A DNA stretch of 20,000 nt from an uncultured virus (IMG/VR IMGVR_UViG_3300008107_000123). Taxonomy: Duplodnaviria > Heunggongvirae > Uroviricota > Caudoviricetes. Position numbers and translations under genes: made by a program. Position 1 is the stretch's first letter. Each line of letters begins with the position of its first letter. The notes beneath the pieces are model-generated. The model worked only from the letters and a program-made list of their open reading frames with translations, had not been told where the DNA came from and ran no database searches. The stretch lies in IMG/VR virus record IMGVR_UViG_3300008107_000123, positions 48,268 through 68,267 of that record; one strand, 5' to 3'. Below are positions 1-9,900 of this stretch, one piece after another.

Positions 1-1
1 C

Positions 2-22
2 GAGGTGGCTTCGGCCTACTAG
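2..22 (+). CDS. 3' end of an upstream gene (...EVASAY*), possibly the major capsid protein; partial
   Basis: Open frame ending in TAG at 20-22, overlapping the AGGAG RBS of the next gene. Identity is inferred from position only. Confidence 0.3.
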   Translation, partial: EVASAY

Positions 23-30
23 GAGTCCTG

Positions 31-441
31 ATGGCACTCACCGTCACGATCAACAAGACCGACACCGTCGGTCGCTACCTCAAGGTCAAGACCGGAACGA
101 TCACGTTCGACTCCTCGTACCCCACGGGGGGCGAGTCCCTGTCGAAGAGTGACCTCGGCTTCTCGTCCTCGGTGGAGACGTTCGTGGCGTCGCCCAACGG
201 CGGCCTCATCTTCGAGTACGACTTCACCAACTCGAAGCTCGAGGCGTTTTACCCCACTGGTGGTTCGGCCACCCCGGCGTCGCTTGCGGCGCCGGCGGTG
301 ACCGTCCCCGCGGGGGCCACGGGCGTGACGTCCAGCGCCGCCCAGCCGAATCTCACCGAGACGGCCGGGATCGCGGCAGAGGTTGGTAACACCACCGACC
401 TCTCGACCATCACCACCTACTTCATCGCTTTCGGTTACTAG
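31..441 (+). CDS. Virion structural protein, probably capsid decoration or minor head protein (136 aa)
   Basis: AGGAG RBS; Thr/Ser/Gly-rich, beta-strand-like sequence (TITFDSSYPTGGESL); located in the head region ahead of the adaptor gene. Confidence 0.7.
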   Translation: MALTVTINKTDTVGRYLKVKTGTITFDSSYPTGGESLSKSDLGFSSSVETFVASPNGGLIFEYDFTNSKLEAFYPTGGSATPASLAAPAVTVPAGATGVTSSAAQPNLTETAGIAAEVGNTTDLSTITTYFIAFGY

Positions 442-918
442 ATGAAGCTCGCCAGCACTCCCGTCAATGAACTGCTGTTCCCCGACTGGCGTTTCGTGGA
501 GGAGGATCTCCACAACGTGTCCACTCGGGTGCAGGAGTACGACGCGGAGGCCCGACTGGCCCGGGACGATGTCTCGGGCCAGTTGGGTCTGGCGAGGCGT
601 ATCTCCAACCCCGACCCGACCGGTACCGGTTCCATCTGGGTGATCGCCAAGCGCCTGATGGACTCTGAAGACGAGCCCCTTGTGGGCGAGCCCGATGCGC
701 GTGTGCTGGAGCAGCAGCGGGCCTCGGATGCGTTCCGCATCCAGAACATGGCGGCGTGGCACCGCACCCAGGAGAAAGTCTGGGAGGCGAATGAGCGCCG
801 CCGCATCCAGCGCGAGATCGAGAAGAACATGGCGAACGCCGAGGAGTTCGTCTGGACGGCACGCCGGAAGGACTTGCACCAGGCGGCCCCCATCACCGTT
901 GCTAAGGACGTCGCGTAG
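442..918 (+). CDS. Hypothetical phage protein (158 aa)
   Basis: ATG immediately follows the upstream TAG; phage-like codon usage; its stop overlaps the next start (TAGTG). Confidence 0.75.
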   Translation: MKLASTPVNELLFPDWRFVEEDLHNVSTRVQEYDAEARLARDDVSGQLGLARRISNPDPTGTGSIWVIAKRLMDSEDEPLVGEPDARVLEQQRASDAFRIQNMAAWHRTQEKVWEANERRRIQREIEKNMANAEEFVWTARRKDLHQAAPITVAKDVA

Positions 919-1616
919 TGGCAAGCGGCGACTTCGCTGACCTCTACACCAAGGCGATCTACGGATCGCGCCGCGACCCCTCTGACTCCTTCGACGTCGC
1001 CCGCGCGAAGGACGCCGTCAACGAGGCACTGCAGGCCGTCTCCTTCACGGGCGACCCGTGGAACTGGCTTGAGCGCGAAGGCGAGATCACGCTGCAGGTC
1101 GGCGCTGACGTCTACTCCTACGCGACCATTTCGACCGCCCTCGGCGTGACCATGGCGGAGATCCTGTCTCTGGTCATGGACAACCAGGACGGCGGATACC
1201 GCCTTGAGTCGATGTCGTGGGACGCCCTCGAGAACGTGACCTACGGAACGCAGGACGACGAGCAGGCGGGCGAGCCGATCTTCTGGGCTGATTGGGATTC
1301 CAAGATCCGCCTCTACCCGAAGCCCGACGAGGCGTACACCCTCGGCGTCTTCTACCGGGCGTACCAGTCCGAGCTGGTCAACGACTCCGACACGCCGCTC
1401 ATGCCCCTTGAGTGGCGCACCCGCCTTGTCGTTCCCTACGCCTGCATGCGTCTGCTCCGACAGGAGGGCGGCGGCGAGGCTGCGTCTGAGGCCGACCGCT
1501 ACGCGGGCGAGTACCAGAAGGCGTTCAACGACTGCCGCGCGGTTTGCGCGACGATGCACTCGCCTGAGATGCGCCTCGCCTCTCCGTCTTGGCGCAGTCA
1601 GATGTGGATGGGTTGA
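918..1616 (+). CDS. Head-tail adaptor / tail tubular protein A-like (232 aa)
   Basis: Adaptor-like pattern (AVNEAL...WNWLE, IRLYPKPD...Y, DSDTPLMP...LVVPYA); size and position ahead of a nozzle-sized gene. Confidence 0.75.
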   Translation: MASGDFADLYTKAIYGSRRDPSDSFDVARAKDAVNEALQAVSFTGDPWNWLEREGEITLQVGADVYSYATISTALGVTMAEILSLVMDNQDGGYRLESMSWDALENVTYGTQDDEQAGEPIFWADWDSKIRLYPKPDEAYTLGVFYRAYQSELVNDSDTPLMPLEWRTRLVVPYACMRLLRQEGGGEAASEADRYAGEYQKAFNDCRAVCATMHSPEMRLASPSWRSQMWMG

Positions 1617-1617
1617 C

Positions 1618-3846
1618 ATGAGGCAGATGGTCGTCGCACGACCCTTTGCCGGCGGCTACCGGACCGACGTTCCCGACTACGCGCTCAACCCCAACGAGTG
1701 TGCGTACTCGCAGGATCTGATCTACCCCTTCGGCATCGCCCAGCAGAGGTGGGGCTGGTCGTATGACGGGACCACGGCCGACGTCGCGGCGAACCTCGTT
1801 GGCGTCAATAGGTCGCGGTACCCAATCCCCGGTCGCACAGTGACAATCACCGCAGACGCCGACGGTGACTTCTGGACCCACAATGCGTCCGCCGCCGGGA
1901 CACTTGCCTTTAGGGATCGCGCCCCTTCCAGCGCCGTGTGGATTCCGCGCTGCATGTACAACGGTGACGTCATTTTCTGCGCCCAAGACGGCGAGACACC
2001 GCTCCTTCGTTACTCGGGATCGCAGATGTCCGCCAGTAGCTACATGGGCTCAGGGAGCTGGACTTTCAGCATCCCCAACGGTTCCTCGACTATCAAAGTC
2101 AACACATCGGTTTCGTGGCCTGCTGGCCCAGATCCGGATCCTTTCCCGCCAACGACAGACGTTCCGGCATTCGTGTATGTCGACCGTTGGAACGCGACGA
2201 CGTTCGGTGCATTTGCTCCCATCCCGAAAGTGAGTTTGCGCGCTCTTGCGACCGCCAACTCCACCATCTCTGGCAACACCTTCATATCCCAACTGACTCT
2301 TGAGGCGGTGAGAAACAACCAAGGTTCCGCGACTTATGGGACTCTCGTTTCCTCACTGAAGGTGCTTCCGGTGGGTTTCGCGTGGCCCGGGGTATCCATC
2401 AACGACACAGGTTCTGTCGTGAGCCGTGCGAGCGCGGTCTACACCCTTGAGGGCGTGAACCTTTCGGGTATTCCCCTCATCGACAGCAGCAAGGACTACC
2501 TGGACGCGCTACTTGTGATCAACCCGACTAACGGGGGCGATCACTACATCACGAACGTCAACTCTTACACGGCGACGACAATCAACGGCGACTACTTCCC
2601 GTCGTGGTCGGTGAACAACACCCAGTACCGAATCCTGCGCCGCTTGCCGTTCAAGGACGCGACCGTCCACAAGAACTCGTTGTGGGGTACGGGCGTCAAG
2701 CAGTACCCCAACCGTGTCTACGTTGCCCCACCGCTCTGGAACATGGGCATACCGCCGGGTGCAGTTGAGCCGTGGGATCCCATGGACGGGTTCCAAGACA
2801 TTGACGAGTTCACCCTTACTCCCATCGATGTCCCATCGCGTTACGACACCGACCCGGTTGTCGCCCTCCTTCCCACCCCGGGACCGCTGCTCGTCCTCAA
2901 GGGGGCGTCGGTGTACGGGATCTACGGAACCTATCCCAGCTATGAGCAGACGATCCTCACGACGGGCGCCGGGTGTATTGACCTCCGCTCTGCAATATCG
3001 GTCGACGGCATCGCCTACTGGGCAGGCCGTGACGGCGTCTTCATGTACACGGGCGGACAGATCGTTCCGATTAGCCGCGGTCGGATCGAGCGCGAGTGGC
3101 AGGCGCTCATGCGTGGCTATGTGCAGGGGACCTCGTATGTGTCTGCCGCTGTGGTCGCAGGCCACCTGATCATCTCTGCTGGCGGACTGACCAGCACCGC
3201 CACCAGTGAAGCCAAGATCGGGCCCGACTCTTCCAATCCGACGGAGCGCACCTTCATCTACGACCTCGAGGCGAGGCAGTGGACGTCGCGGATGAGCAAC
3301 GCCCGCATCCGCAACATGGCGTCGGTGCGCGTGCCGGGTGAGGTCGACTCGATCTTCGCCGTGAGCGACGACCGGCAGGGTCGGGTCATCGACCTCACGC
3401 CGACGATCACCGGCACCAAGTGTACGAACCGCGCGTCGCAGACACTGGCTGACGCCGACTCCACCGACGCGGCCGGCACGGGCCCGCGCCTGCGGGCGTG
3501 GTCGTCGGCATCCCTTGCTCAGGCAAGCGGGATCGAGGGCGAGGCCCGCATGATGGACATGTCGATCCACACGAACCTCTACGACTCCGGCACGCCGGCC
3601 ACCGCGTCTCTTGCGATCAGCACCGCGCATGGCGAATCGCTGAACCAGGACGCGACGGCGGTCGTGGTTCATTCACCGGTTGCAGGAGACAACACAGACC
3701 GCGTCGACCGCAGCAAGCGCCGCATCAACCGGACCGGCCGCCTGCATCAGCTTCGCGTCGACCTTGCGACGACATCCGCAACGACCAAGAAGACGCAGAT
3801 CCCCGAAGTCACGGCGACTTTCCGTGACAACCGGAGGATGACATGA
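1618..3846 (+). CDS. Tail nozzle / packaged-DNA stabilisation protein, P22 gp10 or T7 gp12-like (742 aa)
   Basis: ATG 1 nt after the adaptor stop (ORF-track start 1408 rejected). N-terminal FAGG...LNPNE motif and beta-propeller-like segments (LLVLKGASVYGIYG, GAGCID, YWAGRDGVFMYTG, TFIYDLEARQW). Confidence 0.75.
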   Translation: MRQMVVARPFAGGYRTDVPDYALNPNECAYSQDLIYPFGIAQQRWGWSYDGTTADVAANLVGVNRSRYPIPGRTVTITADADGDFWTHNASAAGTLAFRDRAPSSAVWIPRCMYNGDVIFCAQDGETPLLRYSGSQMSASSYMGSGSWTFSIPNGSSTIKVNTSVSWPAGPDPDPFPPTTDVPAFVYVDRWNATTFGAFAPIPKVSLRALATANSTISGNTFISQLTLEAVRNNQGSATYGTLVSSLKVLPVGFAWPGVSINDTGSVVSRASAVYTLEGVNLSGIPLIDSSKDYLDALLVINPTNGGDHYITNVNSYTATTINGDYFPSWSVNNTQYRILRRLPFKDATVHKNSLWGTGVKQYPNRVYVAPPLWNMGIPPGAVEPWDPMDGFQDIDEFTLTPIDVPSRYDTDPVVALLPTPGPLLVLKGASVYGIYGTYPSYEQTILTTGAGCIDLRSAISVDGIAYWAGRDGVFMYTGGQIVPISRGRIEREWQALMRGYVQGTSYVSAAVVAGHLIISAGGLTSTATSEAKIGPDSSNPTERTFIYDLEARQWTSRMSNARIRNMASVRVPGEVDSIFAVSDDRQGRVIDLTPTITGTKCTNRASQTLADADSTDAAGTGPRLRAWSSASLAQASGIEGEARMMDMSIHTNLYDSGTPATASLAISTAHGESLNQDATAVVVHSPVAGDNTDRVDRSKRRINRTGRLHQLRVDLATTSATTKKTQIPEVTATFRDNRRMT

Positions 3847-4430
3847 GTACGCAGTTCTCATGGGGCTTCCCCGAGGACGGTGCGGGCGTCGACGTCATGG
3901 CTCCGCAGCCCGAGGCCATGATCCGCGAAGCCTTGCGCGTCGGCGTCAACGCATCGACGTTTCCCCCGATGGAAGCCTCGCCAAACGGTCAAGGTTCCTC
4001 GGGGCTTGGCATCCAGAACGTCAAGCGCGGGTACCTCAACCTGGTCGTCCCCTACGACAGCTCCGTCGTCGGGGTGGACTTCCAGACCTCATCCAAGAGT
4101 TTCGTTGATGTCAGCGCGGAGCTGACCGGGTCGCTTCTGACCTCGGGACGGCCGGTCATGATCATGATCCGCTGCGGTGAGAATGGGTCACTCGGCGCTA
4201 GCGACACCGTCTACTTCAGCGTGCGTATCGACGGTGCCGAGGTAACCGGGAGCCTCGGGCTCGTCTACAAGAAGGCCGGTCCCGTCCCGATGACGACGGG
4301 AGTGTGGTTCGCGCAGCCGAGCGCCGGGACCCACACCTACTCCATGGTCTGGAAGGTCGACGCGCTTGCCACGACGACGCCGCTCATGACCCGCTCCTCC
4401 CGTCCCTTCCTGACAGTGGTGGAACTGTGA
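3843..4430 (+). CDS. Short tail fibre / receptor-binding-like virion protein (195 aa)
   Basis: ATGA overlap with the nozzle gene; C-terminal beta-sandwich pattern (GRPVMIMI...VYFSVRIDG...SAGTHTYSMVWKV) resembling fibre tips. Confidence 0.55.
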   Translation: MSTQFSWGFPEDGAGVDVMAPQPEAMIREALRVGVNASTFPPMEASPNGQGSSGLGIQNVKRGYLNLVVPYDSSVVGVDFQTSSKSFVDVSAELTGSLLTSGRPVMIMIRCGENGSLGASDTVYFSVRIDGAEVTGSLGLVYKKAGPVPMTTGVWFAQPSAGTHTYSMVWKVDALATTTPLMTRSSRPFLTVVEL

Positions 4431-5332
4431 GTACCAACTACTTCAACCCGATCACCTACATACCGCGCGCCCCGACGCAGACGCCGGTTCGGCTGCCGAA
4501 CCAGACGTCGGTTACGTTGCCAACAGCGAACCCCAACTGGACGACCGTAACGGGCTACTCGCCCATTGGTCCGAACAATCAGGCTGCCGCGCCGAACCAA
4601 GGGAACATCGCGTCATTGGCTGCTGGCCTCTACGGATCGGGCACGCCTGGGCAGCCGGGGTACGTCCCGGGCTTGAACGAGCGCGTTGCGACGCAACTCG
4701 GTCAGGCGCGCAACAACGCACGCGACGCCCTTCGAGGCTTCGGCGGCGTCTCGTTCCGCGCCGACGACCCGTCGACGCCGAACGTCGATGAGTCACTGAT
4801 GATGGACTACAGGCCCGACCAGCTCGGCAGGAACGAGCGTCAGGCTGTTCTCAGCGCCCGCGCTCAGGCGAACGCTCGAGGGATGCTTAGTTCTGGGTTC
4901 GCTGATCAGATGGTCGGGTCCGCCCTCCAGCGCGTTGGCGAGCAGGCCCGCGCCATCGTGAACCAGTACTCGAACCAGATCAACGAGATCGCCAACCGGA
5001 ACTTCGATCCGTTGACCGGCCTTGCCGTTCAGACGCTCGGCCAGATCCAGAGCCTGTATGGCGCTGACACGCAGTGGGCTGCAACTCAGGAACTTCAGCG
5101 GCCAGCGCCGACGCCGGCTGCTACGCCGCCTGCGTCGGAGCCCGTGTCTGCAACTCCTCCTCCCCCGTCAACTCCCGCCCGCGCATCAGGGTCGACCCTC
5201 TGGTCGGGTAGGTCGCAGCCGACGACAACGTGGGCCGATAGCCAGTTCGGCCCCGGCAACTACCGGATCGTGCAGGAGTCGCAAATCGTCAATGGACGTC
5301 GCGTCCCCAAGTGGGTAGTGAGGGCTAGGTAG
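4427..5332 (+). CDS. Probable internal virion / DNA ejection protein (301 aa)
   Basis: GTGA overlap gives a GTG start at 4427. Ala/Gln/Asn-rich helical core with ARGMLSSG, then a Pro-rich linker. Located after the nozzle and fibre genes. Confidence 0.6.
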   Translation: MSTNYFNPITYIPRAPTQTPVRLPNQTSVTLPTANPNWTTVTGYSPIGPNNQAAAPNQGNIASLAAGLYGSGTPGQPGYVPGLNERVATQLGQARNNARDALRGFGGVSFRADDPSTPNVDESLMMDYRPDQLGRNERQAVLSARAQANARGMLSSGFADQMVGSALQRVGEQARAIVNQYSNQINEIANRNFDPLTGLAVQTLGQIQSLYGADTQWAATQELQRPAPTPAATPPASEPVSATPPPPSTPARASGSTLWSGRSQPTTTWADSQFGPGNYRIVQESQIVNGRRVPKWVVRAR

Positions 5333-5334
5333 AC

Positions 5335-6966
5335 ATGGCACGCCGACGCAGGTACCCCCAGTTCCGCCTTCCCACCGACAACGGGTTCATCCCGCAGGCG
5401 AACTTCGACGCCCCTGGTGGCCCGCGCTTGGTGACCCAGCCGCGCCCGGGGCGCGTCGTGCGCGAGCGTATGGACACGCCGGAGTTCGCCCTCCCGAACG
5501 TCGGTGGCCTGCGCGTCGTGCGCCGCCGCGTCGGCAACGGGGTCCGTGACCTGGTCATGGATCAGCAGGGGAACGTCCTCCTCAACATTGCGGGCACCGG
5601 AGCGCGCCCGACGATCCAGCGGTCCAACACCGGACCCGATGGCCGCGGGCGCCTTGTCGTCAGGCGTCCCGGGGCTGCCCCCGGGGCCGGTGCCGCTCCC
5701 ACCGGCCCCGGCGCGGGCGGCGACGTCGTTTGGACGGGGCGCGTCAACCCGAACACCACGACCCTCAACACTCGCTTTGGCGAAGGCAACTACGTCGTCG
5801 CACAGGAGAACGGTCGTTACGTCGTGCGCCGCAAGCCCGTCACTGCGCCGGGCCCGCCCGACCCCTACGCGGACTACAACGACTACCCCTTCATCAAGAA
5901 CTACTTGAGGGGGATGGACGACACTTACACGGGCTTCCAGAACTACCTCACCAATACCTACAACCCGCAGATCACCGCAGCGTCGCAGGCGCTGACCGCG
6001 CAGCGGCTGGCGGCCGGCGGGTCGTACAACAACGCGATCCAGAACTACGCGGGCTCGGCCGGCAACGTCGCCGCTGCGATGACCACGCCGCAGGTGGCGG
6101 GCATGACCGGCGGCACGGTCCAGGCTCCGAACCAGAACGCGCTCGGCGCCGCGCAGTCGATGGCAGCGACGGCCGCCGCCGCCCGCAATATCGACGCCGG
6201 AGCGCGCACCGCGCTCGGCGGGCTCGAGGCCGAGAAGATGGGTCAGTCGTTTCTCGGATCGGCCATGGGCTACGGAGCCGGGCTCCTCAACCAGTACGGC
6301 CAGAAGCGCCAGTCCGAGCGGCTGAAGATGGATCAGTGGATCGCGGAGCAGAAGGCCGCCGAGAAGGCCGCGAAGGACAAGATGGATCTGGAGATGCTGA
6401 AGCTTGATCAGTCGATGATCAACTCGCTGATCGTCTCTGGTGACCGGGCTGCGGCACGCGCTGTGACCCAGCGCGGTCAGGACATCGCTGCTGCGGATGA
6501 CGCCGCAGACAACGCCCGCGCCGGCCAGTTGCAGCCAAGCGACCTCTTGCGCGGTTACAGCAAGCTGCCAAAGGGCGCAGGCGCTAAGTGGCGTAAGCCG
6601 GGTGCGGTGCAGGATGCGAACGGCGACTGGTGGAACCCGAAGCCGGGCGGTTCGGGTGGCGGTTCTGGCGGCGCTCCGTCTGACTCTGCTCGGGCTGCTC
6701 GCATCAATGACTTCAAGAACAAGTGGTCACCGGGTGAGACTGACCCAGCGACGGGTCAGGCGAAGCCCTCTACTTGGGGTAAGACGCCACAGCAAAGGAT
6801 TTCTGCTGCTGCGGTCTTCATCAAGACGAACATCAGCCTCTTCCCCACCCTCAAGAAGGGTAAGCGCGGCGAGGTCGACAGTTTCTTGATCTTGGCTGGA
6901 GTCACTAACAAGAACGTCAGGAACGCGATCATCGACCAGGCGATCCAGTTGGTCGGCCGTGGCTAG
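5335..6966 (+). CDS. Probable internal virion / DNA ejection protein (543 aa)
   Basis: GAGG RBS; Arg-rich N-terminus and Ala/Gly-rich coiled-coil core; no Cys; position within the ejection-protein cluster. Confidence 0.6.
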   Translation: MARRRRYPQFRLPTDNGFIPQANFDAPGGPRLVTQPRPGRVVRERMDTPEFALPNVGGLRVVRRRVGNGVRDLVMDQQGNVLLNIAGTGARPTIQRSNTGPDGRGRLVVRRPGAAPGAGAAPTGPGAGGDVVWTGRVNPNTTTLNTRFGEGNYVVAQENGRYVVRRKPVTAPGPPDPYADYNDYPFIKNYLRGMDDTYTGFQNYLTNTYNPQITAASQALTAQRLAAGGSYNNAIQNYAGSAGNVAAAMTTPQVAGMTGGTVQAPNQNALGAAQSMAATAAAARNIDAGARTALGGLEAEKMGQSFLGSAMGYGAGLLNQYGQKRQSERLKMDQWIAEQKAAEKAAKDKMDLEMLKLDQSMINSLIVSGDRAAARAVTQRGQDIAAADDAADNARAGQLQPSDLLRGYSKLPKGAGAKWRKPGAVQDANGDWWNPKPGGSGGGSGGAPSDSARAARINDFKNKWSPGETDPATGQAKPSTWGKTPQQRISAAAVFIKTNISLFPTLKKGKRGEVDSFLILAGVTNKNVRNAIIDQAIQLVGRG

Positions 6967-9900
6967 CAACCCGCTTGTCGGAGTACTCCAGCGTTCGGGG
7001 ATTAGCCGACCCGCGCCAAAGGCGCCGCAGAAGCGCAGCCCGCAGAAGCGCACTGACGGCGGTCGCATACTCCTTGTCGATAAGAAGGGCCGCTCTGTTC
7101 GCGTTGCTGGACCGCCGGCGCCGGTAAAGCTTCCCGGCGGTGGCTATGCGCGTATCGGGACTCAGGTTATCCGCGTTGACCAGTTGCCGAAGAGACGTAC
7201 ACCGGCACCGAAGAAGACTGTTGCTCCTCGCGTGGAGCGCGGGTCCGTCATCCCATTCGTGTCAGTCGGCGGGCGCCGCATCCCCCTTTGGCAGCCTATC
7301 GACGACAGCGGTCGCGAACTCCCGAGGAACATCACTGAGTCAGAGCGCCGCGCAGTCCAGTACGCGCGCATTCGCGCTGGCAATCAGCGTGCTGCGCTCC
7401 GTGACCAAGGCAACGTCGTCACCAACTACATCGGTGAGACGGCCAGCAACCTTGCGGGGCAAACGGCCAAGTTCATCGCTGGCGCTCCGGTCGCCATTGC
7501 CGCACCGATCATCGGGACCGCCCGTGACCTGTTCACGGCCACGAACCCGGTATCGCTCACCTACGCCAACAAGCAGGAAGGCCGCCAGGCAACCAAGCGA
7601 CTTGTGACCCGCCCTGCCGACTTCGCGGAGAACGTCGGCCGGCAGACCGTTGACCTTGCGACCAACTTCGTCAAGGACCCGCTCGGGACATTCCGCGAGC
7701 GCCCGCTCGAAGTCATCCTTACCTTTATGGGCGGGAAGTCGGTGGTGGGGTCCGCGACGGGTGCCACTTCCCGCACTGTTGGCCGTACCGGACGCCTTGC
7801 CCGTGACATCAAGCAGGGCGGCGGCGTCCGTGGCGCCCGCCAGATCAGGCGGAGCCGCCCGACCAAGTTGCCGCCCGGTGCGGAGAAGCGGTTCCGTAGC
7901 GCGCTTGAGAGCATTGACGACGACCTGCAGGCGTTCGGTTCGGTATTCGGCAAGCGTGCGTACCGCGCCAGCCAGCGTGCCGCTGACTTCGGCAGCAAGT
8001 CAACGCTGCCCGGCGCCCCTCGCTCCCGGGGCACGCGCACCGTAACCCCTGAGGCCATTGAGGTTGACGGCCGCATCGTCCGACCTGCAAAGGACATCGA
8101 AGTCCCACTGCGCCCGCGGTCCGCTGACCCGATCACTCGCGCAACCCAGCGCCGGGTCTACGAGCCGATCCGCCGCACCCTTGGCCTTCAGCCCTCCTAC
8201 CAGTCACTTTCCCGCAAGGACGCTTTGGGCGCGGGATACCAAGTTCTTGAGGACCGCTCCAAGATCGTTGGTGCCGTCGCAGCTCCCTACATCTCCTCGC
8301 TTCGCGCGATCAAGGGCACGGGGAAGAAGGACGGCCTGCCAGCGTCTGAGGTTGAACTGGTCAGCGAACTGCGCGACCTTGTCCTTTCTGGCAAGGCGCA
8401 GCCTATCCGTGGCAGCCGCCGCTTCGGTCTTGATCGCGAGATTGAGAACGTCAAGCGCACCCTCGCAACCGACGGTTTGTCGCCCAAGGAACGCACGCGC
8501 TACGAAGGACGCCTTGAGCGCCTAGAGGCGATCCCCGAAGAGTGGCTTGACCCAGAGACGCGCCCAGCGCGTGTGCAGCGGGTCATCGACACTGCTCGTC
8601 CGCTGTATGAGGGTTCGACCGCCATGAAGTTGAGGAGCCGCGTCATCAGCCCCTCGGCTGCACAGTTCGCTGGTGAGCGCCCACTCATCCAGGCGCTGGG
8701 CGGAACGTCGGTTATGCGCGCCAAGGCGCAGGCCGCTGGCGACAAGCCCGCCATCAAGGCGATCAATGAGGAGGCGCTCCAGCGGAGTACGCGCTACCAG
8801 GCAGCCGCTGCACGCCTTGAGGACATCGACGCCGAGATCGCCGCACGCAAGGCTGCCGGCGTGAAGGTCGGGAAGGATCTCCAGCGCCAGCGCAAGGCTG
8901 CGAAGGGCGAGGAGAGGCGGGCCAAGGACTTTGCCAAGAGCAAGATGTATGTGGGCTACGACGAGGATGAAGTGGCCCGCCTTGAGCCCGGAACCTACGT
9001 CCCGCAGCGCCCCATGTTCGAGGAGCGGCAGGGTTTTATGCGGACGGTCTTTGGCCGTCGTCCGGTGTCACAGAGCATCGCTGCCCGCGTGTCCTCTGCG
9101 CGAATGGCGCCACAGCGGGATAGGTTCAACGCAGGAACCCTCTACGAGCGCGGTGATGTCGGTGCGACCCCGAACCTCCCTATCACCGCGTTCACGGAGG
9201 CCACTGACTCTGTGGTCCGCTCGGAGCAGGCTGCGGGGATCATCGACCGGAACGCCCTCAAGGACGCGGAGACGGGCCAGCTCATCACCGGGCGGTCCGC
9301 TGAGAAGTTGGTGGAACGCAACCCCAAGGACTTCCAGCTCGTCACTCAGGCCCAGCTCGCCAAGATATCCACCGCGTCGATTGACACCCCCGCGGGTGCG
9401 CGCCTAGCTAAGGCAATTGACGAGTCGAACATCCCGGGCGCTGGTCAGAAGTATGTGATTCCGAAGTCTGTCTATGAAGGCTGGGTCACCGCTCTTGGCC
9501 CCTCCCCCACGCGCACCGGTCGCGCCGTCGACTACTTGGTGTCTCTTTGGAAGGGCAACGTGCTGGCGCTCAACCCGCGCTGGTACATCATCAACATGGT
9601 CGGTATGTGGGGCCAGTTCGCGCTTGGCGCGGGAGCCGACCTGCAGGCGATCTCCATGGCCCGCAACCCGGCACTCCTCACTGCGCTGCCTGGCCGGATC
9701 GCGTGGCGCGGCCTTCCTGAGGAGATGGGTGAGTACGCCCGTCGCTCGTCTGGCCTGCCCTCGCGCAACGTGTACCAGCGAATCATCTACAAGGGCTTCG
9801 AGATCAATGAGATGTTCGAGTCCGTCCCGCGCAAGGCGATGTTCTGGCACGCGGCAAAGCAGGGGCTGCGCGACGCAAACATCATCGGCCCGGGGCCGGT

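Noticed and set aside
1408..1617. Extended N-terminus of the nozzle ORF (also the track starts at 4304, 14026, 15441, 17066 and 19017)
   Set aside because: These overlap neighbouring real genes. Downstream starts with stop/start coupling or an RBS fit better.
19..3672. Long minus-strand ORFs (19-924, 438-1619, 2509-3672)
   Set aside because: Antisense shadows of well-supported plus-strand genes in high-GC DNA, with no recognisable motifs.
3843..4430. Diversity-generating retroelement target
   Set aside because: No reverse transcriptase and no template/variable repeat pair seen in the window.
7025..7052. 13-bp direct repeat CCGCAGAAGCGCA x2
   Set aside because: An in-frame peptide duplication (PQKRS/PQKRT) in a basic, disordered-looking N-terminus; no sign of a regulatory role.
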